From NCBI GenBank assembly GCA_965249485.1, contig OZ252239.1:960001-1024000 (forward strand): a DNA stretch of 64,000 nucleotides, read 5' to 3'. Positions 52,698 through 63,549 of the stretch are shown one piece after another. Each line of letters starts with the position of its first letter. The first letter of the stretch is position 1. The notes beneath the pieces were generated by a model. That model ran no database searches. It saw only the letters and a program-made list of their open reading frames with translations, and was not told where the DNA came from. The translations under genes and the position numbers were made by a program. The stretch comes from a bacterium. GTDB lineage: Bacteria > SM23-31.

Positions 52698-54056
52698 TTA
52701 CGGTATTAGTATAATCCGTTCATATAGGAGGGTAGAGCCACTCGACGCCGTTTTCCGTAACGATGTGATTGTCTTCAAAATTTATACTGAGTCTAGATCC
52801 CCATTCGGGTACCCACGTGTTTACCAGAAATTCGAACGAAAAAGATTATTCGGTTGAATCATGATGTGACCGCGACCCGAACGGAAGGCTGCGAATGATG
52901 GGCCGGATGCGACTTCGCTGTTACCTGTGTTGCCCACTGTATGGCAGTCGAGCGAAAATCCCGAACTCGCATTATCTTCGAGCGCATTCATTAAGTCCCT
53001 GTATTGTGACCCTGCATCAGCTGAAGGAGTGTAGATATATCCTTCATCTTCCAAAGCACGGATGACCGCATTGAGTGTTGCCGCTGCCGTACGGCCTGTT
53101 CTGATATTTTTTCTTATTATTTCGTGGGCCCTTAAACCACGGTCCCAGGCATGTTGGACGCCATCAGGCACACGGGTTTCCCCTTCCCGAAGAATATATG
53201 CATTCCGTTTCCAATCGGTACCGAAATTCAAATACTTGAGGCCCCAGTCCCATGAGATGAGATCGCCACGCTGAAAAATATAATCTGATCTTCCCGTCTC
53301 AGAACCGTTGGATACTTCAGAATGCATCACACCTGGTCCGCCGTGACCCCGATTAAATCGTTCTGAGGACATTCCCTGATCAACAACCTGATCCATTGCC
53401 CACCAGCCGATGTCCTCACGTGTCGAAATTCCCGGCTCTATTCTGCGGAGGGCCTCTTCCTGTATCTGCCGCTGCATTTCACACGCATTTGCGAACGCAA
53501 TGATTTCCCGCTGGACTCTTCTCACTCGGAAATCGGTTAAGACATTCTCCGAAGAAATGAGCCTGTTTGCATACTTGTCTCCCAATAATTCAACCAGTCT
53601 GAGATACGCTGTGTGCGAAAGTCCGTCCGCGACTGAAAGCCACTTAGACATGTTGACGGCAATTACCCGGGGATCGCGTTCCTCCACAAATTCTCTGAGG
53701 TCGCGTTGTGTCCCGAAAATATCGTAAATAGTTCTGTCTCCCGTACCGCCGAATATAGCCCGTTCGATCCTATCACCACCGCGGTCCGTGAATATATAGA
53801 TGCCTAACGTATCGGTTACACTCCAGTTAATCTGTCCGCCGAAATCCAGGTCGAGAGGGTCGGGATCACCGTCCTTAACGACATGCATCCACATATCGAC
53901 ATTATTATCCCGTAGTGCATCGGGCATAATAAGATCGAATTTTTCCTGCCGGATAAGTCTCAGAATCTCATATTTTTGCTTTGATGTCTGGGCAATTGTA
54001 TTCTGAACAAGGGAAAGCAGTGCAATGAATGTCAAAAAAATTCGAAATCTACTCAT
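52698..54056 (-). pseudogene. M24-like peptidase paralog with 3' frameshifts
   Basis: WDWG..TDWKRNAY, CHTVG; SFEFLVNTW..FEDNHIV..EWLYPP..ERIILIP* recovered after indels at ~52840 and ~52724. Confidence 0.82.
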
Positions 54057-54090
54057 AAATTTACCCTTTCTAACATTGTTCTTTTACCAT

Positions 54091-55524
54091 TTAATGTATT
54101 ACATGCAAGCTGTGTTCCTGAGCCCGATTAAGATACTGAAATCCATCTTCGGTAAATACGACAATTTGACCGACACCAAGCCGCACTCCGTTTGCACCCC
54201 AGCCGGGTACCTCAACACTGATGTGTGGATGGAATACGTGAACCGTGTTGTAGGAGAGCTTGTGCTGGTCGGATACGATCGACGTCGGATAGTACTGCGG
54301 TTGCGAAGAGATTCCTGCCACATAGGTCCCTTTCCAAAACGTTAGTCCGCCCAACATAAAACGCCGGATAAACATGGCAGGCGGGTGAAAGGACAAAGAG
54401 GCGCCAGAAAAATTATAGACACCGCTTTCCGATGGGATGGCATGCGAGGCATCTTCAATCTCTTTGCCTGTCCTTCCAACCTTATACTCGTTTGCAATCA
54501 GGTTTTGAAGCTGGTTCGCTTTTCTCACCGCTTGATTCAATGCCTCAGGAACTTCAGTTTCATTTTCCTTGAGCACATAGGCATATTGGTGCGAGTCTGT
54601 CACGAGCCCAAGCATCATGATGTCCGAATCGCAATTCACGATATCACCTCTTCGGATCACCACACTAGCGATATTGTATTTGAACTGATCACCTAAAAAA
54701 GCCTCGGCCTCTTCTGAATACTTTTTCATATTTGCCGGGCTTCTTTGGATCTCAATAGTAGGATGATTCTCCATTTCAATACCAAGTTTGCGGGTACGAT
54801 GCCGAAACCACCAATTTAGGTCGTCGGTCGTTGTGACATCCGGAGTGATGGCAACGTTTGAAAATCCTTCAGCTAGAATGTCGTTATGTAGACCCATCAC
54901 ATATCGAAAAACCTCAATTTGCCGGGGACTCATCGTTTCCAGCCAACGTACACCCAGGAGCCACGAATCGATTGACCGTGCTGCAAATTTGCTTCCCAAT
55001 GCTTCAAGCATCTGCTCGTTATTAAGTAGTCCAATCGCAATTGTCGCAGGATCGTGTTTAATAACCAGTTCAGAAATATGATTATAGTCACGGGGCTCGA
55101 TATATTCGATTCTGTCACCCGTATCGTAGAACATCATAAAACCCGGTAACATCTGCGAGACTCCCGAAGCATAGGTGCTCGGTAAAGCCAGCCCTTGAAA
55201 ATTTGCAGGCAGCAGCGAAGTATAGACCGGACCTTCATTGTTGTAATACAAATCCGCTTCATTATTCCGCACGATCCACATCTTGATATTCTGTTCCTTC
55301 ATTACCATCGGGAGCACGTTCTCTTTTTTCCATTTTATCCATCGCTCCATTAATTGGACACGTTCGCGCATCGGAATAATATTTTTAATATATTCACCCG
55401 GTTTTAAATTCTGAATGATCTGTTTAATGTCACTGGAAATAAATGACACTTCATTATGACTATCCGAACATGCCGGATATAAAATGAGTAACAGTACTAT
55501 CCAAAGATTGATTTGTTTAAACAT
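54091..55524 (-). CDS. M24-like lipoprotein, paralog of 7580-9019
   Basis: IPMRERVQ, NCDSDIMMLG, TDSHQYAY; lipobox YPAC. Confidence 0.8.
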   Translation of the reverse strand: MFKQINLWIVLLLILYPACSDSHNEVSFISSDIKQIIQNLKPGEYIKNIIPMRERVQLMERWIKWKKENVLPMVMKEQNIKMWIVRNNEADLYYNNEGPVYTSLLPANFQGLALPSTYASGVSQMLPGFMMFYDTGDRIEYIEPRDYNHISELVIKHDPATIAIGLLNNEQMLEALGSKFAARSIDSWLLGVRWLETMSPRQIEVFRYVMGLHNDILAEGFSNVAITPDVTTTDDLNWWFRHRTRKLGIEMENHPTIEIQRSPANMKKYSEEAEAFLGDQFKYNIASVVIRRGDIVNCDSDIMMLGLVTDSHQYAYVLKENETEVPEALNQAVRKANQLQNLIANEYKVGRTGKEIEDASHAIPSESGVYNFSGASLSFHPPAMFIRRFMLGGLTFWKGTYVAGISSQPQYYPTSIVSDQHKLSYNTVHVFHPHISVEVPGWGANGVRLGVGQIVVFTEDGFQYLNRAQEHSLHVIH

Positions 55525-55706
55525 TTTCTTTCCAACGTGTTTTAATGGTTATAAAACCTAATGAATTTATTTGCAATCATTAAATGAGAAATAAGAATGA
55601 CAAGTTTCCACATTTCAATATAATGACAACTAAACAAATCCTTATTTAAAAGCTGATTACGATTGGAAATTATGATATAAATGTCAAGATATACATGTTG
55701 CTATTA

Positions 55707-55746
55707 CAAGTATTTCCTTCTCTTCGGGCTGAACGATGAATGAACT
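55707..55746 (-). repeat. Box A repeat copy
   Basis: CAAGTATTTCCTTCTCTTCGGGCTGAACGATGAATGAACT. Confidence 0.75.
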
Positions 55747-55754
55747 TAATATAC

Positions 55755-57174
55755 TTAATGAATGAGCAGTATTTTTTCATTCGGTGGATGAAGAAATTCA
55801 ATACCCCGGCTGGATACGACGTGATTACCTTCAATATTGATGACAATCGGATTTCCAGGATTTTCAGGCATATTTGTACAGATCACAAATTCAAATGAAA
55901 AAAGATGATTTTCTTGAATCGGTAAATGATCCCTATCTGACCGAAAGGCCGCTATAGATGGTCCGACCGTCACCAAACTGCCACCATTATTGCCCTGACT
56001 GTGCAGGTCTATGGAAAAACCTGATTTATCGGTATTTGCGAGTTTCGCCTGTACATTCATATAATTTTTCAATCCTTCATCGGTATACGGTGTATAAATA
56101 TAGTCTGCCGCTTCCAGTGCCGCGACAAGATCTTGCAAAGTTTGTCCGGCGGTTTTGCCAACTTTTACATGTTCCCGAATAATCTTACGAGCAGCTATCG
56201 CACGATCAAAAGCATGCTGAATACTCTCCGGAACTTTTGTTTCCCCTTCCCTCATAATATAGGCATTACGTTTATAATCTGTCGAAAAGTAGTCAAGATA
56301 TCGTACTCCGTTATCAAACTGCATAAAAATCCCCACGCTGCAACACATAGTTGGGTGAGGATGTTTCTGACAGGTCTGAAACAGCCGAATAACGGAGCCG
56401 TGGAACACCAACCCTGGTACTGTATCCTTGTGTTAATCCCCGCTTGAAAAATTCCTCTTTAACCCACCAGCCTACATCTTCTAATGTTGTTACACCCGGC
56501 GTTATAACTTCATTCGATAAAGAACGTTCAAGAATCTGACGATGTATCTCAAGCGCATTCGTCATGAGAGTAACTTCCCTGAGAATCCGTCTTGAACGAA
56601 AATCGGTAATAACCTTTTCTGCAGACACAATTCTCTTCGAATATTTCGGCCCTAATATCTTTTCCAGTTTCAGATATTGCGTATAGGATATACCATCTGC
56701 AATAGCGAGCCAATCGGAATAATTTACTGCAATCGTTTTCGGGTCACGCTCTGCAACAAATTGAGTTATTTCGTCATAGACTGAAAAGTCCTGGGTATTA
56801 TAATCGTATCCGGTAATTGCTCGGGAAAGTTCGTGAGAGCCATAGATATCAAAGTCTAAAGCTCCGGCACCGCCAAAACTACCGCTAAACGAGGCCCGCT
56901 CGATCCTGTCTCCCAGGTCGGTAAATATCATATAACCCGAGGTCGTACCAAATTCCCGAAACATTGGATCTTGATCTCCGGCACGAGTGACATGGATCCA
57001 CATCTCCACATTATTGTCCCGCATCGCTCCCGGCAGAATAAGCTCAATCTTCTCTTTTCTTATAAGATCAAGGACTTCCCCGCCGGTCTTTGCCGTATGT
57101 ACACCAGGTTGTGCATTGGCTAAAGATACTAAGATCATCACAGAAATGAAAAATAGCATTATTCTAGTTATCAT
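55755..57174 (-). pseudogene. M24-like peptidase paralog, +1 frameshift in a T-run at ~56327
   Basis: The two ORFs join into a close paralog of 47632-49083 (QRGDF|MQFDNG). Confidence 0.85.
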
Positions 57175-57340
57175 TACGTGCTCCTCTATTGATTACTTAT
57201 GGCTTTTTAGAAACATTTATTAGCTGAAGGCTTCGAGTGTAGATATACTTTGTGACGTCATGATTTTCGTACCTGTCTGCTCATAAACTATACACAACCA
57301 GGATGTGCGTCGTCACAACATTATGGGCACTATTGTTTAG

Positions 57341-57369
57341 ATAGTAAGGAATGCATTTAGCCTTTGCAA
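57341..57369 (-). promoter_or_regulatory. Sigma70-like promoter within a truncated repeat unit
   Basis: TTGCAA-17bp-TACTAT followed by box B. Confidence 0.55.
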
Positions 57370-57855
57370 GTGGTTAATAGGGATTTTAAGAATTATAATG
57401 CCGAATTAACATTGGACCCTTTTTCTCGGGGAGCATTATACGTGCACCCTGCGTAAAGTTTACAGTAATCAGAAGCTCTTCAAATGAAACTTGTTGGTGA
57501 TATTCTTGCATTTTGTCCATACGTATATTTGTCATAATTAGTTATTGATTGAACATAAAATATTAATACATTTTTGTAATATGAAACTACTTTTATATTG
57601 TTTTTTTGCTAAAATTCCTTTATAATAGAGCGATTTAATAATAAAATCATTACGTCATTTCTTAATAATTTTCATATCCATTCAATTAAAAGTTTCCAGA
57701 TATTTTACAATGCTAATGACTAACCAGTCGGGCGTTTTCAAGGTTAGCGAACTTCAGCCGCAAAACAAGAAATTCTACATAAATCTCTTTCAACGAATTG
57801 ATCCATAGATTATCCAAGAATTATGCTTAGATATTTGGATAAGGGGTAAATAAAA

Positions 57856-57942
57856 ATGGCAGACCGTAATAACAATCGAATGACACGAAAAAATTTTCTC
57901 AAAACATCTCAGGCGGGACTTTTAACCTTTTGCAAGTATTAA
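57856..57942 (+). pseudogene. Orphan Tat-type signal peptide fragment
   Basis: MADRNNNRMTRKNFLKTSQAGLLTFCKY* with AAGGGG upstream. Confidence 0.5.
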
Positions 57943-57992
57943 AAGGAGTAGACAGTATAGTAGAGGTTTGCTATCAACTGGAGGAAATGAAA

Positions 57993-59846
57993 ATGATCGA
58001 TATGAAGCGACGTGATTGTTTAAAAGCACTAGGCGCGAGTGCCGCTTTATTGGTAGTGCCGGACCACATGAAAGATGCGAAATTGTTCTCGGCGGATAAA
58101 GAGAATCTCAGGCCGCCAAATGTTATCTTGATTATTACCGATGATCAAGGATATGGAGATTTAGCGTGTCATGGCAATCCGATAATTCAAACGCCAGCTA
58201 TCGATCACCTTTTCACTGAAAGTATAAGACTGAAAAACTATCATGTATCACCGGAATGCTCACCTACGCGTGCAAGTTTGCTAACTGGGCGCTACAGCAA
58301 TAGAACAGGAGTATGGCATACGGTAATGGGACGGTCTCTCCTACGAAAAGACGAAATGACTATGGCGGATGTGTTTCTGTCGAATGGTTACAAAACCGGG
58401 ATATTTGGCAAGTGGCACCTTGGAGATAACTACCCGTTCCGGCCACAGGACCGGGGTTTTGATGAAGTAGTAATCAATGGAGGAGGAGGTGTAGGAAATA
58501 TACCTGACTATTGGGATAATGATTATTTTGATGATACTTATTTTCGCAATGGGAAGCCGGAGAAATTCCAGGGTTACTGCACAGATGTTTGGTTTGATGA
58601 AGCCATGAAATTTGTTGAAACTAATAAGAATGATCCGTTCTTCTGTTATGTGACTACAAATGCCCCACACGATCCATTCCATGTCGAAGATAAATACAGT
58701 ACGCCATATCTCGATCAAGGTATCCCGGATTACCGTGCACAATTTTACGGAATGATAACGAATATAGATGAAAACATTGCCAGACTGGAATCGAAATTAA
58801 AAAACCTTGGAATTAGAGACAATACGATTTTTATATTCATGACCGATAATGGGACTTCAGGAGGAGTCGACACCGATGAGAACAGATTCCCGACAGGAGG
58901 CTTCAACGCGGGTATGCGTGGTCAAAAAGGTAGTGTATATGACGGTGGGCATCGGGTACCGTGCTTTATTCGCTGGCCGGATGGTTGGTTGGGTGGTGGC
59001 AGTGATGTCAATCGACTGACAGCACACATCGACATTCTTCCCACACTGATCGATTTGTGCGAGTTGAAAACAACAGAAGAGGTTCAGTTTGACGGAACGA
59101 GTATTACTCCATTGTTAAATGATGCGGTATCAAACTGGCCAGACCGAATGATAATTACCGATAGACAGCGAATTGAGCATCCGGAGAAATGGAGAAGAAA
59201 CGTCACAATGACCGACCGATGGCGTCTCGTCAATGGTATAGAGCTTTATGATATCAATATGGATCCCGGCCAAAAAAATGATGTTGCCGGACAATATCCT
59301 GATGTTGTTGCAAAATTACGCAATGCATATGAAAAATGGTGGAATGATGTTTCAGAACGATTTGACGAATTTTGTGAAATAATCATTGGTTCCGAAAAAG
59401 AAAATCCCGTCCGACTGACAAATCATGATCTTCATGATGGTCAAGAAGGCAGAACAGTGGTCTGGGATCAGCCTCTCGTCCGTGATGCTCTTCAGTCAAA
59501 TGGATTCTGGGCAATAGACGTTGCACAAACAGGTACATATGAATTTGCATTGAGGCGATGGCCTGAGGAAATCGATAAGCCAATAAATGCCACTATTCCT
59601 GAAGGTGGACCCATTCCCGGAGGCATACCTTATCCCAAAGGGATAGCCATTAATGTGACCAATGCCCGGATCAAGATTGCAGAAGTGGAGGAGACCAAAT
59701 CGGTTTCCGGAAATGAGACTGCTGTACTTTTTCGGATCCAGCTCCAAGCTGGCAAAACACGATTGCAAACCTGGTTTACCGATGATAAAGGACAATCCCG
59801 CAGTGCATACTATGTTTATATCAAATACATTTCACAGGGAGAGTAA
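57993..59846 (+). CDS. Arylsulfatase family (S1) sulfatase, Tat-exported
   Basis: PNVILIITDDQG, CSPTRASLLTG formylglycine motif, GKWHLG, TDNG; KRRDCLK Tat-like motif. Confidence 0.94.
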   Translation: MIDMKRRDCLKALGASAALLVVPDHMKDAKLFSADKENLRPPNVILIITDDQGYGDLACHGNPIIQTPAIDHLFTESIRLKNYHVSPECSPTRASLLTGRYSNRTGVWHTVMGRSLLRKDEMTMADVFLSNGYKTGIFGKWHLGDNYPFRPQDRGFDEVVINGGGGVGNIPDYWDNDYFDDTYFRNGKPEKFQGYCTDVWFDEAMKFVETNKNDPFFCYVTTNAPHDPFHVEDKYSTPYLDQGIPDYRAQFYGMITNIDENIARLESKLKNLGIRDNTIFIFMTDNGTSGGVDTDENRFPTGGFNAGMRGQKGSVYDGGHRVPCFIRWPDGWLGGGSDVNRLTAHIDILPTLIDLCELKTTEEVQFDGTSITPLLNDAVSNWPDRMIITDRQRIEHPEKWRRNVTMTDRWRLVNGIELYDINMDPGQKNDVAGQYPDVVAKLRNAYEKWWNDVSERFDEFCEIIIGSEKENPVRLTNHDLHDGQEGRTVVWDQPLVRDALQSNGFWAIDVAQTGTYEFALRRWPEEIDKPINATIPEGGPIPGGIPYPKGIAINVTNARIKIAEVEETKSVSGNETAVLFRIQLQAGKTRLQTWFTDDKGQSRSAYYVYIKYISQGE

Positions 59847-59960
59847 AACAACTTTCTATACACCAATTTTTTTCTGTAGCTTTTTATTCAATTCGTTATC
59901 TCTGTGTAGATAGATCTTTCCTACGTATATATAGAATAATTTTTCAAACATTATCTGATT

Positions 59961-60028
59961 GTAATGACGATATTCATCGAATAGATTGAAGGGTTGAAGA
60001 GTCGAAAAAACTGGACAGTACCGAATGA
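59961..60028 (+). repeat. Plus-oriented divergent repeat copy, matching 14651-14720
   Basis: GTAATGACGATATT..TTGAAGGGTTGAAGAGTCGAAAAAACTGGACAGTACCGAATG. Confidence 0.7.
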
Positions 60029-60130
60029 ACCGATCTTCCCAGAAAATTTTGATTCGATACTCCCTATATCAATTCTCTGAAAGATTTAATATGGATATTT
60101 TATGAATTTTAATGGCAATTTATCACAAAA

Positions 60131-61071
60131 TTACTTTGTCTGAGGCAATACAGTTTGTTTCAAATACGTATCCGGTATTGATTCTATCTCACGTATTTTA
60201 ATGTTGCGGTAGAAGAGTTCGGCGCCTTCCGCTTGTAATTCAATCTTCCCACGCGTTAGAGGCAGAAAATTATCATCATCCACCCAGTTTTTGCATTCTC
60301 CAAAACCATAACCACATGACCGTTGACGATATGAAGGCTCTTGTCTCCCAGACATATCAACTCGACGGTATTCCATTCTCCATGAGGATTTTCATAGTCA
60401 AGAATTCTTCGACATCTGTTCGGTTCAAATTGGTCTCCGCTTCTAAACTGCCTGTATTCTGCGGTTGGATTATAAATCCACTGGGTATCACCATAATCAT
60501 TATCTTCAGGACGATCTTCTTTCATCTCTGAAGATCTGATATCCATACTAACTCCAGCCAGAGGATGGAAGTCCCCAACATCACCTTCCTGAACCTGCAA
60601 TTCTGGTGCTTTCATCCAAGCATTATAAAATTGGCCGTATGGTTCCTGAGCGTGATAATGTATCCCACTATCCCTTCTTCTGTTTAATCGTGGTTCATGC
60701 TTTTTTTCACCCCATTTAAACTCCATTTTCAAATGGTAATTTTCAAATTCCTCTTTTGTGCTTATCCCACCAAATATCTCACCTGATATATGAAGTATGG
60801 GTGTTCCATTCGATTCCTCAACCGTAAAGATGTTTAAAGGGTCCTTATTTAAGCCGATCGGTGTTCCATCTTTAGGATACCCGGCGAGATTAACACTTTC
60901 ATGTGGAACACCCACGAAAATATTCCATTTGCTTAAATCCTTGTCAAGAAGTGTTACCCAATCATTTCCTGCATCTATTTGTGGTTTTTCCAAACCACAA
61001 CCGACTAAGGTTCCGCATATGGAAACTATAATGACAATTAATTTAGAATATTTCCATCCGATAGTATTCAA
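60131..61071 (-). pseudogene. DUF1080 (3-keto-disaccharide hydrolase domain) lipoprotein, frameshift in an A-run at ~60290
   Basis: NYHLKMEFKWG, RDSG, ELQVQEG, GEWNTVEL; GKIELQAEGAELFYRNI in a shifted frame. Confidence 0.85.
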
Positions 61072-61191
61072 AATTATAATACTCCTGATTTGTTGATTGT
61101 AATAACGATGTATAAATAAGGTGTACGTTTTATATGGCCATGATATTTCAGGCTAATTGCGTTAATAATCAAGAGACACATTGTGCCATTC

Positions 61192-61231
61192 CAAATGTTT
61201 TCTATTCTTCGGGCTGTACGATTTTCGAGCC
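61192..61231 (-). repeat. Box A repeat copy
   Basis: CAAATGTTTTCTATTCTTCGGGCTGTACGATTTTCGAGCC, 7 bp after the M24 stop. Confidence 0.85.
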
Positions 61232-61238
61232 TTTTTAC

Positions 61239-62663
61239 TCATTTGATCAGTACAATTTCCTCATTTAGCGGCTGAATAAATTCGACTCCCATGCTGGTTA
61301 CAATTTGAGGATTTGAAATATTAAAGGCTAATGGATAACCGGGTCTTTCATCAATGTTCATATGGACCATATATTCAAAAGCAAAGAGATGATTCTCTTG
61401 AATTTTCAAATGCCACGTGTCTCGCCGAAAATCTGCCATAGAGGGTCCTTATAATCTCATGCCGCCGCCACCGCCAGTATTGCCAAAAGAATGATTGTCA
61501 ATGGAAAATCCCGGCTTATCAGTATTAGCGAGCGCTTTCTGTATCATCTTGTAATCTTCAGTGCCACTATCTGTGAAAGGCGTATAAATATAGCCCGCTT
61601 CTTCCATAGCTTTAACCATAGCCGCCAAAGATTCACCACCAGTCATGCCGACTTTCATATGATCCCGCATGATCCATTGACCTGCTATCGCTTTATTATA
61701 GACCTCCTGTAAAAAGTCGGGGACTTTTGTTTCACCTTCTTGCAGAATATATGCATGAATTTTAGTATCAACACCAAAACCCATGTAATTTCCTCTGGTA
61801 CCGCCACCACCGCCGCCAACAAATAAATCGCCGCGTTGTAATACATAGTCGGGATTAGGTGGAAAATCATGTACTGTATCTTCAGGTTTGCTTGTAGCTG
61901 AATAATAAAGCCGGCCGCCTATGTCCCGTACTCTTGTGACTCCCGGTACAACCTGAGATAATCTTTGTTTAGCACGCTGGCGGGCCAGTGCCAACACTTC
62001 GACCTGTGCCGCAACTTCCCTGCTAGTCCTTCTTACCAGAAAATCTGTAATGACCAGCTCTGCAGAGACGATTCTCTGAGAATATTTGGAACCCAAAATT
62101 TGTTTCAATCTCACGAATTGAGAATGAGAAATTCCATCTGCCACCGGTAGCCAATCGGAAAAATTTACTGCGATCGTCTGCGGATCGTGTGCGGTAACAT
62201 AATCCGCTATCTCGTTGTATACTTCGGGAACTGAAAAACCCTGCCGGGGATCTGAATTGCCATAATTGTAGCCGGTAAAAGCACGTGCGAGATTAAGAGA
62301 ACCACGTACGTCAATTTTTTCAATAGCTCCTGCTGGGGTGCCAAATGTTGAACCACCAAATATAGCCCGCTCGATCCTATCTCCCAGATCGGTAAAGATC
62401 AAATAACCGGAGGTTGACCCAAAATACCGACGCATTGGGTCTCCGGAACGACCGACGTGAATCCACATGTCCACATTATTATCGCGCATGGCTCCCGGTA
62501 GAACAAGGTCAAGTTTGTCGTTTCTCATCAGACGGAGCGCTTCCCTGTCGGTCTCAACCGTACGTTGTGGCAGTGGATTAAAGGAATCTCCACCTCTCTG
62601 TGCCATTACATTAGGTACAATGAGCATCCCAGCTATTAAAAATAACACAATTCGAGATATCAT
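61239..62663 (-). pseudogene. M24-like peptidase paralog with an internal stop at 61449
   Basis: LVLPGAMRDNNVDMWIHV; the same frame continues GPSMADFR..FAFEY..VEFIQP after the TAA. Confidence 0.82.
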
Positions 62664-62721
62664 AACGTGCTCCTCAATTGATTTTTTAGTGACGAATATT
62701 ATGTTAACCATTTAGTTTGCA

Positions 62722-62762
62722 CAAGTGATTTTTGCTCCTCAGGCACGTATGGTTTGCGAACC
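62722..62762 (-). repeat. Box A repeat copy
   Basis: CAAGTGATTTTTGCTCCTCAGGCACGTATGGTTTGCGAACC; TTGTGC-17-TAATAT. Confidence 0.82.
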
Positions 62763-62822
62763 TTTAACAGTAAGTCTAAATCTGTTTAAAATGTTCTGGA
62801 TCTCTACAATTCACTCTCAATT

Positions 62823-63340
62823 TTACCAGCCTTTATAACTCGAAGTGGAAATTCCTTGAGAACTTAAATAAGATATTGAAAGTCCTCTCGTATGTGTTTG
62901 GTGATCTACAATGAATAAATAGGCATGAAATCTTGTTTTCTCTATTCCGGATTGATCAATTTTTTCTTCAAACTCTTTAATGGGGTATTTTCTAATGCTG
63001 ATTTTACTGCTTCAAAAGATTTTTTAAGTTCGTTGATAAGTTCTTTTTTTGATTTTGCACTTGGATCTACTTTTCCACCTTCACTTTTAACAATAGTTGC
63101 TATACGATAATTTGATTCGGCTAAATGTGTCAAATGCTCCCCAAATTCACGAGCTTCTTTATCAAGTTTGTGGTGATAATCACTTTCCGGCATTGCTTCA
63201 GTAACTTCCAGTGTAAACTCTGTCATTGTATCCCATGCTTGAGTTATTGCAGTTTTTGTTATAAGCTGTGCTGAGGCATGACCTGCCGTTAATAGAATAA
63301 AACATGTTAACAGATATCTAATGATAACGTACGAATTCAT
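62823..63340 (-). pseudogene. DinB family protein, exported, frameshifted at ~62975
   Basis: EAMPE, FGEHLTHLA; DHQTHTRG..YL..QGI recovered in a shifted frame to TAA at 62823. Confidence 0.8.
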
Positions 63341-63549
63341 ATTATTCTCCTATTTCTATAATAGAATTAATGATGATCTCTTGTGATGTTTTATCCCATA
63401 TTAACATTTGAGCATGAGAAGTACAAATACAAATGAGTCTTTCTTGATCATAAGTCCACAGAGAAAAGGCAATCCCGATAAGTCTTTCTGTAACAATAAA
63501 ATATTACGGATTGAATAAAAATTATCTTAGAAACGAGATTTTAATTTGA

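Noticed and set aside
47632..57174. DGR template/variable repeat pair between similar M24 3' ends
   Set aside because: Similarity spans whole paralogs with mostly synonymous-type differences, no adenine-specific pattern was noticed, and no reverse transcriptase is present
57810..57842. TTATCCAA...TTGGATAA inverted repeat
   Set aside because: A single 8-bp arm pair in AT-rich DNA; insufficient evidence for function
61449..61451. Stop-codon recoding (Sec/Pyl or alternative genetic code)
   Set aside because: The internal stops here and at 25185 are TAA, which terminates many normal genes in this window; a point mutation or compensating indels is simpler
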